Positions 18,582-28,171 are shown, counted from the first letter of the stretch. The stretch is 49,409 nt of DNA from Gammaproteobacteria bacterium (GCA_009922705.1 RFUY01000001.1:1-49409); one strand, 5' to 3'. Notes: generated from the sequence alone by a model not told the origin. Program-made: numbers and translations.

Positions 18582-19298
18582 GTGATTGTGATTGGGCATC
18601 GCGGCGCCGCGCAACGTGCGCCAGAAAATACCCTCGCGGGCCTGCATTACGCAGGTCGCTTTGGTATTAAACAGGTTGAATGCGACATTTCTGTTGCAGC
18701 AGATGATGTGGCTGTGGTGTTCCATGATGAATCCTTGGCGAGGCTCACTGGACGCCCTGGAACGGTTCTGTCGCAAACCTCAGCCCAGCTAGCCCAGTAT
18801 GTGGTCAACGGACCGGAAGCGGACGGGCCCACCACCATCCCTAATGCGACCGCCTACTTTAATCTGGCGGCTGACTATGACTTGTTCGTGCATTTGGAGA
18901 TCAAGGTGCATGATCGAGAGGTAGAGCGGGCCGTGCTCGCTGCCGTTCGGGCGGTCGAGGCCTCACGATTAGATCCACGACAGATTCGCATTTCGTCTTT
19001 CTCCTGGGATGCCGTCATGCTCGCGAAGCGACGATTCTTGGGCTGTAGCTTTGCCATCGCAGCGCACCGATTTGATGAACTGCGACCGATGTTGACGGGC
19101 GAACATGGGCTTGCCAGTGTGCATCTATGCATCGACGGTGCCACTCAGGCTGAGGTGGATCAGGTGCACGCTTTGGATCTGCCCGTGTATTACTACACCG
19201 TGAATACCGCATCCGCCCTGCAAGGACTCGATCAAACCACCGTTGATGGCGTCTTTTCTGATGATCCACTGGGTCTTGTGGGTGAGTTGGCTCAGTGA
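18582..19298 (+). CDS. Glycerophosphodiester phosphodiesterase
   Basis: IGHRGA...PENTLA, VECD, VFHD..L.R, LEIK, SSF, YTVN and FSDDP; GGAGGA SD before GTG 18582. Confidence 0.92.
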   Translation: MIVIGHRGAAQRAPENTLAGLHYAGRFGIKQVECDISVAADDVAVVFHDESLARLTGRPGTVLSQTSAQLAQYVVNGPEADGPTTIPNATAYFNLAADYDLFVHLEIKVHDREVERAVLAAVRAVEASRLDPRQIRISSFSWDAVMLAKRRFLGCSFAIAAHRFDELRPMLTGEHGLASVHLCIDGATQAEVDQVHALDLPVYYYTVNTASALQGLDQTTVDGVFSDDPLGLVGELAQ

Positions 19299-19882
19299 CT
19301 CAACGCCATGCGCACGCCATCCAATAACATTTGTACCGCAATGGAAATCAGCAACATTCCCATGAGTCGCTCGACCGCCTTGAGACCACGATGGCCGAGC
19401 AGTCGGTACAAGACTGAACCAGCCGATAAGATCAGCGCACTGGCCGCCCATGCAAGTAAGATCGCGACTGTCCAATCCACATTTCGTTCCGGAGTCGACT
19501 CAGATAACAGCACTAAGGTTGCGAGAATTGAGGGGCCTGCAAAGAGTGGTGTGGCTAAGGGGACAATTAAGGGTTCACCGTCGCTACCGTCATCAGCCAT
19601 GATGCCGCCACGGGAGGGGAAGATCATCCGAATCGCAATGATCAGTAAGATCAATCCACCGCTGATCGAGACGGCCTCCGGTGAGAGCTTCAAGGCATGT
19701 AAAAGCCCAGGTCCGAGCCACAAAAAGAGCAGCATCAAAACGAGAGCAATCATCAGCTCTCGCAGTAAGACGAATCGGCGACGGGCTGCAGCGACAGGCT
19801 GTAAGACCGACAGAAAGATTGGAATATTGCCCAGCGGATCAATAATCAAAAACAGAGTAAAGGCAACTGCCAAGGTTTCCAT
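19292..19882 (-). CDS. MarC family membrane protein (YhgN-like)
   Basis: LFLIIDPLGNIP, IVPLATPLFAGP and ERLMGMLLI.IAVQM. Confidence 0.92.
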   Translation of the reverse strand: METLAVAFTLFLIIDPLGNIPIFLSVLQPVAAARRRFVLLRELMIALVLMLLFLWLGPGLLHALKLSPEAVSISGGLILLIIAIRMIFPSRGGIMADDGSDGEPLIVPLATPLFAGPSILATLVLLSESTPERNVDWTVAILLAWAASALILSAGSVLYRLLGHRGLKAVERLMGMLLISIAVQMLLDGVRMALSH

Positions 19883-19933
19883 TTAGGCACCTCAAAGAAT
19901 CCATAGGCCATCGGGTAGACGGAGAGACACAGT

Positions 19934-20155
19934 ATGCGTGAATTACGGTTTTATGACGAAAACCAACTTCCGGTCATTCTAGCACCTGGTGGTCGCGTGT
20001 TTCGGATGGATGCAACACATCGGCTGGCTGAGGCACCGAGCGGTTCACACGTGGCGGAAGACGCGATTGAACTTAGCGAAGACGCCTTCTTGCGCCGCTT
20101 TCATCAGGCACTGGCACACGCCTATCTCGTGGAGATCTCAGCACGCACGTTGTAG
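19934..20155 (+). CDS. Hypothetical protein (73 aa)
   Basis: GGAGAG SD and ATG; fills the gap between MarC and the isomerase. Confidence 0.6.
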   Translation: MRELRFYDENQLPVILAPGGRVFRMDATHRLAEAPSGSHVAEDAIELSEDAFLRRFHQALAHAYLVEISARTL

Positions 20156-20159
20156 CGCC

Positions 20160-20951
20160 TTAGGTTGCCTCAATTTGAGCGGGATTGAGACCGAGAAACG
20201 GAAGATTCTTCGCCAGCCGTTTTAATCCCAGCCCAGTATTTCCGCTGGGACGATATTCGAGGGAGACATCGCAGCCAATCGCCTCAATGAGTGGCCACAA
20301 GGCTTCGAGCCGAATTTCACCCAAATCAGGCTCGCTTCGTTGGGGTACGGAGGCAAGCTGAATATGTCCAATGAGATCGCTGTAGCGCCCTAGTTTTGTC
20401 ATCAAGTCACCCTCCATGATCTGGCAGTGGTAGAGATCCATCTGCAGTTTCACATTGGGTCGATTGACATGACGAATCAGCGTCGCAGCTGCCTCTTGGT
20501 GTGCCAGGTAGTAGCCTGGGACATCTCGGGTGTTGAGCGGTTCGATCAAGAGGGTGACGCCCACCGTCGCGGCTTGATCTGCCGCCCGCATTAGCCGTTG
20601 GGCAATCATGTCCCAGTCGGGGAGGGCGTGGCAGCCCCCCATCACATGGAGTTTGTTGCATTTCAGGGTCACGCACGCTGCGAGCCCAGTCTCAAGAGAG
20701 GTCCAAAACGCCGCATCCTGCGCAGGGTCTGCCAGTAACCCACGCTCACCCTCCGCCCAGTTGCCGGGTGGTGCATTGATTAATACCAGATCCAATTCTT
20801 GTTGTGTGAGCGCTGCGGCGATCGCGTCGACCCCGACGTCATAGGGGAAGAGAAACTCCACTGCTGAAAAGCCGGCCGCGCGCGCAGCCGCAAAACGCTC
20901 TAGCGGTGGCCGCTCTTGGAACAACAGGCTGAGATTGGCTGCAACGGTCAT
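20160..20951 (-). CDS. Hydroxypyruvate isomerase / 2-oxo-tetronate isomerase family (Hyi/OtnI)
   Basis: AANLSLLF, FSAVEFLFPY, IEPLN.RD.PGY, DLYHCQI.EGD and R.EPD.GE. Confidence 0.9.
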   Translation of the reverse strand: MTVAANLSLLFQERPPLERFAAARAAGFSAVEFLFPYDVGVDAIAAALTQQELDLVLINAPPGNWAEGERGLLADPAQDAAFWTSLETGLAACVTLKCNKLHVMGGCHALPDWDMIAQRLMRAADQAATVGVTLLIEPLNTRDVPGYYLAHQEAAATLIRHVNRPNVKLQMDLYHCQIMEGDLMTKLGRYSDLIGHIQLASVPQRSEPDLGEIRLEALWPLIEAIGCDVSLEYRPSGNTGLGLKRLAKNLPFLGLNPAQIEAT

Positions 20952-21829
20952 GGACGCAGGTCCTCCAAGAGACGAATCAGTGATGCAGTGTCTTGATCGC
21001 CCAAATGCTGAGCCATCAACTGTGCATAGTGGTGGGTGACCAAGGCTGTCGCCGGTAACTGACTCCCGGCTCGGGACGCGGCATCGACGGCCAAGGCGGC
21101 ATCTTTCGCATGCAGCCGTAACTGGATGCCCGCTTTGAAGTCATTCGCGACCATCTTCGGGCCCAACAGCCGCATCATCGGACTCCCGCCCATGCCATCG
21201 ATGATCGCCTCTAACACACGTTCTGGATCACTGCCCTGGAGTCGGGCAAAGTGAACTGCTTCTGCCACTCCCTGAATGGTGACCACTTGAGCGATCTGAT
21301 TGCAGAGCTTTGCAATTTGGCCATGTCCAGCTGGGCCAACATGATGCTGCGTTTTGGTGTATGCAGACAGCACTGGAAGAACCCGCGACACAGCTGCCTC
21401 TGATCCACCCAAGAGGGTCAACAAAGTGCCAGCCTCAGCAGCCCAAACACCGCCGGAGACAGGGGCATCTACCCACAACAGGCCCGCGTGTTCTGCCCGT
21501 GAGGCCAGTCGCTTTGTCGCTTCTGGATCAATGGTGCTGTGGTCCATCACCACAGTGTTTGGCGCCGCATGGGCAAAAATACCTTCGGATCCAAGGCACA
21601 AGGATTCGACATCTGTGGTGTCAATGACATTGGTAATCACCAACTCGCTTGCGATTGCTAACTCGGAGACGGAGGCACAGACGGTTGCACCTTGAGACAC
21701 GACGTCAGCGGCAACGGTATCGAACACCTCGGGGCGGCGCGCATAGACCCAAAGCGCATGGCCTGCCTTCTGAAGGTGGCGCACCATCGGTAACCCCATG
21801 GTTCCGAGGCCGACAAATCCAATGCGCAT
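20948..21829 (-). CDS. beta-hydroxyacid dehydrogenase (2-hydroxy-3-oxopropionate reductase-like)
   Basis: IGFVGLGTMG, DHSTI, DAPVSGG, AKLCNQ and KD motifs. Confidence 0.9.
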   Translation of the reverse strand: MRIGFVGLGTMGLPMVRHLQKAGHALWVYARRPEVFDTVAADVVSQGATVCASVSELAIASELVITNVIDTTDVESLCLGSEGIFAHAAPNTVVMDHSTIDPEATKRLASRAEHAGLLWVDAPVSGGVWAAEAGTLLTLLGGSEAAVSRVLPVLSAYTKTQHHVGPAGHGQIAKLCNQIAQVVTIQGVAEAVHFARLQGSDPERVLEAIIDGMGGSPMMRLLGPKMVANDFKAGIQLRLHAKDAALAVDAASRAGSQLPATALVTHHYAQLMAQHLGDQDTASLIRLLEDLRP

Positions 21830-21876
21830 TGTGGGATGATCCTTATGTTTTCTAAACTGGTGACGATACCAAGCTT

Positions 21877-22233
21877 ATGAAAGATTGGAAAACCCTTCCG
21901 AAGATCGTGTGCGCACTCTGTCTGCCCATGACTGCGATTGCTGAGGCTCCGGCTGTCTGGTGGGAGCGAGACATCGCTGAACAAGCGCAGATTCTGGCAC
22001 TGACGAATGCGCAGATGGAGGCGATGATTGCGCGGGAGTTACGCCAACTTGATGTTGGCCAGTCCGCTCTAGCGGCGCGAGCAGAGGCCGCCGCCGCTCA
22101 ACTCGAAGCCGAGTTACCACGCATCGAAGCGGAGATTCGGGCGACCCTGGCGGCACTTGAAGGACCGACGCGACCGGAAATCGTGCACGCAATTCGCGCC
22201 AAGGTGGCACGAGAACAGGGGAGTGCCCCCTAG
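21877..22233 (+). CDS. Hypothetical secreted helical protein
   Basis: Signal-like N-terminus ending AIA, then an Ala/Glu-rich helical body. Confidence 0.6.
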   Translation: MKDWKTLPKIVCALCLPMTAIAEAPAVWWERDIAEQAQILALTNAQMEAMIARELRQLDVGQSALAARAEAAAAQLEAELPRIEAEIRATLAALEGPTRPEIVHAIRAKVAREQGSAP

Positions 22234-22703
22234 AACGGACGCCATAAACGGTGTGGATACTCTCGTTCAGGGTCCTCGATGGGTAACGGCTGGAAGCCAA
22301 GATGGTGGAAAAACGGGACGGCAGTCGCATGCGCTTTGACATAGAGCCCTGTCGTGTCATGTGCTTGCCCCCACTGCATCGCGGTCTCGATGAGAGCTCG
22401 GCCCAGCCCCTGACCTTGGTGTGCTTGGTTGACATACAGCCCATGAATCAAGGTGATTTTCCCTAAATTCGGCGCCACCGAAGCCTGCTCAGTGAGCACC
22501 AACACAGCGCTAAGCTCACCGTCAAAGACGCCATAGAATTGGTGGTCGATCCAATCTGACGGACTGTACTGGTAGGCGGGGACACTGAGTCGATAGAGTC
22601 GATCCGTCAACCCCCACGCATAGATGCTGTCAGCCACAACAGCATTGACAGCCGGCAACGCCTGTTGCGAAAGACGCTGGTGCTTTGGCTTGGAATTCGC
22701 CAT
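22230..22703 (-). CDS. GNAT family N-acetyltransferase
   Basis: LYVNQAHQGQGLGRAL acetyl-CoA motif and A..FF..LGF. Start uncertain (22703 or 22715). Confidence 0.88.
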   Translation of the reverse strand: MANSKPKHQRLSQQALPAVNAVVADSIYAWGLTDRLYRLSVPAYQYSPSDWIDHQFYGVFDGELSAVLVLTEQASVAPNLGKITLIHGLYVNQAHQGQGLGRALIETAMQWGQAHDTTGLYVKAHATAVPFFHHLGFQPLPIEDPEREYPHRLWRPF

Positions 22704-22773
22704 GCTCGCGGTCATGCGTAATGTTTCTCCGTGCTCCTCGTCACCGGCCATCGATGCGGCTGCGTCCTCAACA

Positions 22774-23664
22774 GTGGCTGATCGTCGTCGATGGCCCTAT
22801 GCCGTGGCGCTGATTGGAATTACCTGCTTTTCGATCACCTTACCTGCCACAGTGATCGCATTGGCTGATTTTTCAAGTGTGTTTATCACTGGGTTTCGTG
22901 GTGTTGTGGCCGCAGGCCTTGGAATCAGTGTTCTTCTACTCTGGCATCGTGCTCAGCCCACTGCCGCAGAGCGTCAGGATTTGGTGCTCAGCGGTTTACT
23001 GCTGGTGTTTGGCTTTCCGCTCTGTATTGCTCTGGCGATGCAGACGGTCCCGGCATCTCACGGCGCTGTCGTACTTGGTCTTTTACCCTTAATGACGTTG
23101 AGTTGGGCGCGCGTCCTCTTGGGGGAAATCCGTAGTCCCGCCTTCTGGGGCTGGGCGGCCCTAGGCGCAACGATTGTGGTGTCTTTCGTGGTGTGGAAGG
23201 AGGGCATTTCGTGGGCACTTGGCGATTTCTGGGTGCTCAGTGCAGCCGCCTGTGCATCGCTTGGGTACGTGCTGTCAAACCGACGGACGCGGGGGCGACC
23301 AGGATGGTGGGTGATCAGTTGGATGGTCGTGTTGATGCTTCCCCTGTCTCTACTGATCACGGTGTTGTGGTGGCCACCATTCTTCTGGGCGCGTCCGCTC
23401 TCAAGCCTCTCTGCGTTAGTGAGCTTAGGGGTCGTTTCTATGTATTTGGGATTTGTTGCCTGGAATGCAGCGCTCCAAGCCGGTGGCGTGGGACGGATCA
23501 GCCAGGTGCAATTACTCCAAGTGTTTATTACGCTCGGACTCTCAGCTTGGTTTGTGCGCGAACCTTTGGAGAGCTCTGTTGTCTTAACTGCCTGTGCCGT
23601 AACCCTCTGTGTCATGATGGGGCGACACGCAGAATCAGTGCGCCTCGCACGGGTGAGTGAATAG
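22774..23664 (+). CDS. DMT/EamA family transporter
   Basis: About 10 TM segments; FSITLPAT, TVPASHGAVVLGLLP and ISQVQLLQ. Start uncertain (22702, 22714 or 22774). Confidence 0.88.
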   Translation: MADRRRWPYAVALIGITCFSITLPATVIALADFSSVFITGFRGVVAAGLGISVLLLWHRAQPTAAERQDLVLSGLLLVFGFPLCIALAMQTVPASHGAVVLGLLPLMTLSWARVLLGEIRSPAFWGWAALGATIVVSFVVWKEGISWALGDFWVLSAAACASLGYVLSNRRTRGRPGWWVISWMVVLMLPLSLLITVLWWPPFFWARPLSSLSALVSLGVVSMYLGFVAWNAALQAGGVGRISQVQLLQVFITLGLSAWFVREPLESSVVLTACAVTLCVMMGRHAESVRLARVSE

Positions 23665-23704
23665 AAGATGACCTCGTGAGGTCTCAACGAGTGAAGGAGT
23701 TGGT

Positions 23705-24832
23705 GTGCAGACACGCATAGCCTTATTGCCGCAGATGGGAATTCCGCGTCCGTACACGGAGACGCAGCCGATTCAAATTGTGAACGCGGAACTGGATCCT
23801 CCGGGGCCAGAAGAAGTCTGTGTACGAATCCTGGCTGCAGGGGTTTGCCATTCTGATCTGTCCGTGATTAACGGCGATCGTCCACGCCCGACGCCGATTG
23901 CCTTGGGCCATGAAGGCGTCGCGGAAGTGGTCCGCTGTGGCGAGATGGTGAGTGATTTATCGCCGGGAGACCGCGTTGCACTCGTTTTTGTGCCGTCTTG
24001 CGGGCACTGTCCACTCTGTGCTGAAGGCCGCCCCGCACTGTGTGAGCCTGGTCTCGCGGTGAACTCGCAAGGCACCCTGTTATCGGGGGCGATTCGGGTG
24101 CATGTGGCCGGACAGCCGATCTTGCATCATCTCGGGATCTCCTGCTTCGCGGACTATGCGATTTGTCATCGGGCAAGTTTGGTTAAGATTGATGCCGACA
24201 TGGACCCGGTGCTACAGGCGGTGTTTGGGTGTGCAGTGCTCACCGGTTGCGGCGCGGTGTTGAATACGGCCGCGCTTCGCATGGGGGAACAGGTCGCGAT
24301 TGTTGGGCTGGGCGGCGTCGGGTTAGCGGCATTATTGGGTGCGCGCGCAGGTGGTGCGCGCACCGTCATTGCTGTGGATGCCAATCCGGCCAAGGCCGAG
24401 ATCGCCGGTCAACTCGGTGCAGATCATTTTGTGGATGCGCGTGATCCTGAAGCCACGGCGCAGATCCGTTCACTCTCTCGGGGTGGTGTTGAGCTAGCCG
24501 CTGAGTTCGCAGGGGTGATGCCAGCGCTTGAGTTGGCGATTGGGGCAACCCGACGCGGTGGACGGACCGTGACGGCGGCGTTGCCCAATCCCAACGATCG
24601 TCTGTCGCTCCAGGCTGCCACACTGGTCACTGAGGAGCGCGCCTTGTTGGGCTCTTATGTGGGCTCATCTGTCCCATCACGAGACATTCCAAATTGGTTG
24701 GCCATGTTTCGTGCAGGGCGATTACCCGTGGATCGGCTGATTTCTCATCGCATCACCCTCTCTGACATCAATGCGGCCATGGAGCGTCTGGCGCGCGGTG
24801 AGGCGGTTCGTCAGATTGTCACCTTTGGATAG
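23705..24832 (+). CDS. Zinc-dependent alcohol dehydrogenase (MDR family)
   Basis: GVCHSD, GHEG, structural Zn C-x2-C-x2-C-x7-C, GCAVLTG and GLGGVG; AAGGAG SD before GTG. Confidence 0.94.
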   Translation: MQTRIALLPQMGIPRPYTETQPIQIVNAELDPPGPEEVCVRILAAGVCHSDLSVINGDRPRPTPIALGHEGVAEVVRCGEMVSDLSPGDRVALVFVPSCGHCPLCAEGRPALCEPGLAVNSQGTLLSGAIRVHVAGQPILHHLGISCFADYAICHRASLVKIDADMDPVLQAVFGCAVLTGCGAVLNTAALRMGEQVAIVGLGGVGLAALLGARAGGARTVIAVDANPAKAEIAGQLGADHFVDARDPEATAQIRSLSRGGVELAAEFAGVMPALELAIGATRRGGRTVTAALPNPNDRLSLQAATLVTEERALLGSYVGSSVPSRDIPNWLAMFRAGRLPVDRLISHRITLSDINAAMERLARGEAVRQIVTFG

Positions 24833-24842
24833 GACTGAACAC

Positions 24843-26300
24843 ATGATTGAACACACCAATGCCTGCATCAACGGCGTTTGGGTGGCGGCCTCCTCAGGCG
24901 CGACCTTTGCGGTTGAAAACCCGGCCACAGGGCAGACCATCGCTCAAGTGGCTGATTTGTCAGCGACCGATGCACTCTCCGCTGTCGACGCAGCCTATAC
25001 CGCGCAATCAGGATGGGCCAAACGGACCGCGAAGGAACGTGCCGCAGTATTAAGACGGTGGCATCAACTGATCCTGTCTGAACAAGAGGCTCTGGCGCAG
25101 TTAATTACCTTAGAAATGGGTAAGCCACTCGCCGAAAGCCGGGGCGAGGTGAACTATGGTGCGAGCTTTGTCGAGTGGTTTGCTGAGGAGGCAAAACGCA
25201 TCTATGGCCAAACCATCGCAGCGCATCAGCCGACACAGCGTCTGCTCGTGACCAAACAACCGGTCGGTGTTGTGGTCGCGATTACACCGTGGAACTTTCC
25301 GCTCGCCATGATCACACGGAAAGTGTCACCAGCGCTTGCCGCTGGATGCAGTGTTGTGATCAAGCCTTCCGAAGAAACACCTCTGACAGCCTTGAAATTG
25401 GCTCATCTGGCAATTGAAGCAGGGTTCCCTGCGGGGGTGCTCAATGTGGTGACAGGTTTGGATGCGCCGGCGATTGGTGAGGCCTTGATCGCGGATTCGC
25501 GGGTGCGGAAAGTGACCTTCACAGGATCGACTGCGGTCGGAAAGCGCCTGTATGCACAGTCGGCGGCGACCGTAAAAAAACTGTCGCTGGAGCTTGGCGG
25601 TAATGCACCCTTTATTGTGATGGATGATGCCGATATCGATGCCGCCGTTGAGGGCGCGATGCTGTGTAAGTTCCGCAATGCGGGGCAAACCTGTGTTTGT
25701 GCAAATCGCATTTTTGTTCAAGCGGGGATCTATGCGGACTTTGTGTCCCGTTTTAGTGCCCGAGTGGCCGCACTTCAGGTTGGTGATGGCGCGCATGCTG
25801 GCGTGGAGATCGGTCCTTTGATCAATCGCGATGGATTGGCGAAGGTCGAGGCGCATTTGGCGGATGCGGTTGCGCAAGGTGCGCGTGTTGAGGTGGGTGG
25901 AACGCGGCATTCCGCAGGTGCCTTATTCTTTACCCCAACGGTCGTGTCCGGAGTCACCCCGCAGATGCGCATGGCTCAGGAAGAAACCTTTGGTCCGGTG
26001 GCACCGATTTATTGCTTCAACACAGAGTCTGAGGTGCTCGCGCTCGCTAATGCGACGCCCTATGGGCTAGCCGCCTATTGCTACACCCGGAATCTCGGGC
26101 GCGCCTTTCGGATGTACGAAGGACTCGAGTACGGCATTGTCGGAATGAACACAGGGATTATTTCGACCGAAGTTGCGCCCTTTGGTGGCGTCAAGGAGTC
26201 GGGGCTTGGCCGGGAGGGGGGACCGCACGGCATCGATGAGTTTTTGGAAGTGAAATACGGATGTTTTGACTTGGGTCTCGATCCAGAGGAATGCAGATGA
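24843..26300 (+). CDS. gabD: NAD(P)-dependent succinate-semialdehyde dehydrogenase
   Basis: ITPWNFP.AMITRK, FTGST, LELGGNAPF, KFRNAGQTCVCANR, EETFGP and PFGGVKESG.GREG. Confidence 0.92.
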   Translation: MIEHTNACINGVWVAASSGATFAVENPATGQTIAQVADLSATDALSAVDAAYTAQSGWAKRTAKERAAVLRRWHQLILSEQEALAQLITLEMGKPLAESRGEVNYGASFVEWFAEEAKRIYGQTIAAHQPTQRLLVTKQPVGVVVAITPWNFPLAMITRKVSPALAAGCSVVIKPSEETPLTALKLAHLAIEAGFPAGVLNVVTGLDAPAIGEALIADSRVRKVTFTGSTAVGKRLYAQSAATVKKLSLELGGNAPFIVMDDADIDAAVEGAMLCKFRNAGQTCVCANRIFVQAGIYADFVSRFSARVAALQVGDGAHAGVEIGPLINRDGLAKVEAHLADAVAQGARVEVGGTRHSAGALFFTPTVVSGVTPQMRMAQEETFGPVAPIYCFNTESEVLALANATPYGLAAYCYTRNLGRAFRMYEGLEYGIVGMNTGIISTEVAPFGGVKESGLGREGGPHGIDEFLEVKYGCFDLGLDPEECR

Positions 26301-26968
26301 CAACAACGCAGACCGCGTCTCAGGATATCTCGACCAATACCGTACTAGTGTATGTGCACGATCCGATGTGCAGTTGGTGTTATGGGTTTCGGCCAACATG
26401 GATTGGTTTACGTGCGATTCTGCCTCCGTCGCTCTCGGTGGTTGCGTTGGTGGGTGGACTTGCTCCTGACAGCGACGAGCCGATGCCAATCGAATTGGCA
26501 GAGCATCTTGCGGCCACCTGGTCTCGCGTGGCTTCGGTGTGTGGTGTTCCCATGAATCTTGAGTACTGGTCGCAAGTCCCACCGCCGCCAAGGACCACAT
26601 ATCCAGCGTGTCGTGCGGTGATCGCGGCGGAGCAGATTGCCGGTCGAGGAGAGGTCATGACGGCTCGGATTCAGGACGCCTACTATCAAGAGGCACAGAA
26701 TGTCTGGCGCGATGAGGTGCTGGTCAGGCTCGCGACCGAGATTGGATTTAGTGCCGAGGCCTTTGCCCAAGCGCTCACGGCTGAGGCTGTTTCAACGCAG
26801 CATGCGGAGCAACGTGCACTGGCTGAACGGCTTGGCGTCTCCGGATACCCAAGTCTACTGCTGATTCATGATGGTCAAGGGATTCCGATTCCAGTGCGCC
26901 ATGGCGCACCAGATCAGATGGCGATTGAGATTTCAGAGGTGTTGGGGCTTTCCCATCCCACCCATTGA
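26291..26968 (+). CDS. DsbA/FrnE-like thioredoxin-fold protein
   Basis: DPMCSWCYGF, GGL, TYPACRAV and GV.GYPSL. Confidence 0.88.
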   Translation: MQMTTTQTASQDISTNTVLVYVHDPMCSWCYGFRPTWIGLRAILPPSLSVVALVGGLAPDSDEPMPIELAEHLAATWSRVASVCGVPMNLEYWSQVPPPPRTTYPACRAVIAAEQIAGRGEVMTARIQDAYYQEAQNVWRDEVLVRLATEIGFSAEAFAQALTAEAVSTQHAEQRALAERLGVSGYPSLLLIHDGQGIPIPVRHGAPDQMAIEISEVLGLSHPTH

Positions 26969-26972
26969 CCAA

Positions 26973-27356
26973 TCATCCTGAGCGGGTTTCGTACGTGAGC
27001 AGTGGAATGAGTGCATCGAGAACGGATGCCCGCATCAGATAAGCTGCATGACCCTCTGGAAATAAGGCATCCGCCATAAGCGCATGACGATACGCCCGCA
27101 GTGGTGGCGTGAGGGCGAGACTTTGCAAGCGCGACCGGTAGCTTTCATAGACCAATTGGATTTGCTCTTTGCTCGGGGTTTTCATCCCTGTAAAGGGGAG
27201 TCGATCATCGAAATGAATGAGGTCCGTGAGCAAGGGGCTCCCGGCGACGAACAGTAGTTCCCAAGCGTCTGGGTGTATCCCTTCACCGTCTTCGTTGACC
27301 ACACTGTCTTCGAGCGCAAGCATCAGTGCCATCGCTGCAAGCGTGTCTGTATTCAT
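26973..27356 (-). CDS. Hypothetical protein
   Basis: 127-aa ORF filling the gap; no family recognised. Confidence 0.6.
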   Translation of the reverse strand: MNTDTLAAMALMLALEDSVVNEDGEGIHPDAWELLFVAGSPLLTDLIHFDDRLPFTGMKTPSKEQIQLVYESYRSRLQSLALTPPLRAYRHALMADALFPEGHAAYLMRASVLDALIPLLTYETRSG

Positions 27357-27412
27357 ACACCCACCCGTTGTTGTTATGGTCTGACGGTGGGTGCAGTTTG
27401 CCTGACTTCAAG

Positions 27413-27829
27413 CTAGGCGGTGGCAAAGATCATCTGAGGATCTTTAAACGATTTAAATTCGAGCGCATTGCCGGACGGGTCCTTGAAAAACAGCGTCGCT
27501 TGTTCGCCAACTTGCCCCGCGAATCGGATTTGCGGTTCGATCAGAAATCGAATGCGAGCTTCTACAAGACGGTCGCGAAGGCGATGCCACTCATCCCAGG
27601 ACAGAATAATCCCGAAGTGGGAGGCAGGGACCTCCTCCCCATCGACTGGGTTGGTCGGGGGACCGTCCGGATCCGCCTCGACGAGATGGGCAGTGATTTG
27701 ATGTCCATAGAAATTGAAGTCGATCCATCGGCTGTCTTCACGTCCAGTGGTGCAGCCTAGAATGTCGCAAAATAGATGGCGGGTAGCCTCCAGATCGGTC
27801 ACGGGGAAGGCGAGATGAAAAGGTTGCAT
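27413..27829 (-). CDS. VOC (glyoxalase/extradiol dioxygenase) family protein
   Basis: [37 protein letters not shown]. Confidence 0.93.
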   Translation of the reverse strand: MQPFHLAFPVTDLEATRHLFCDILGCTTGREDSRWIDFNFYGHQITAHLVEADPDGPPTNPVDGEEVPASHFGIILSWDEWHRLRDRLVEARIRFLIEPQIRFAGQVGEQATLFFKDPSGNALEFKSFKDPQMIFATA

Positions 27830-27886
27830 GCTGTCTGAAACTCCTTATTGTGAACGGCGGGGCCAGTCGGTCCGTGAGGAGGAAAC

Positions 27887-28171
27887 ATGGCCAATACAGT
27901 GTTTGATTCTGCGCGTTTTTTGGCAATCACGGAATCGCTAATGGCTCGGGCTCCGGATCGTGCGAAAGCGCTCATGGTTGAGAATAATGCCTATTATCTG
28001 CTTGTGAACCTTCATATTTTCTGCTGCAACATGGTGGAGTTTGCGGATGATGGAGACTCCGAACTTGAGCCACTGATCGAGGAGTTGAAGACGCAAGTCG
28101 AAGCCTTACAACACCTCAAGGCCTCTCGTTGGCTCGACGATTTTGTCGAGGTCACGCGTTCGAGCGATTAG
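27887..28171 (+). CDS. Hypothetical protein (94 aa)
   Basis: Strong GAGGAGG SD and ATG; helical acidic sequence. Confidence 0.65.
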   Translation: MANTVFDSARFLAITESLMARAPDRAKALMVENNAYYLLVNLHIFCCNMVEFADDGDSELEPLIEELKTQVEALQHLKASRWLDDFVEVTRSSD

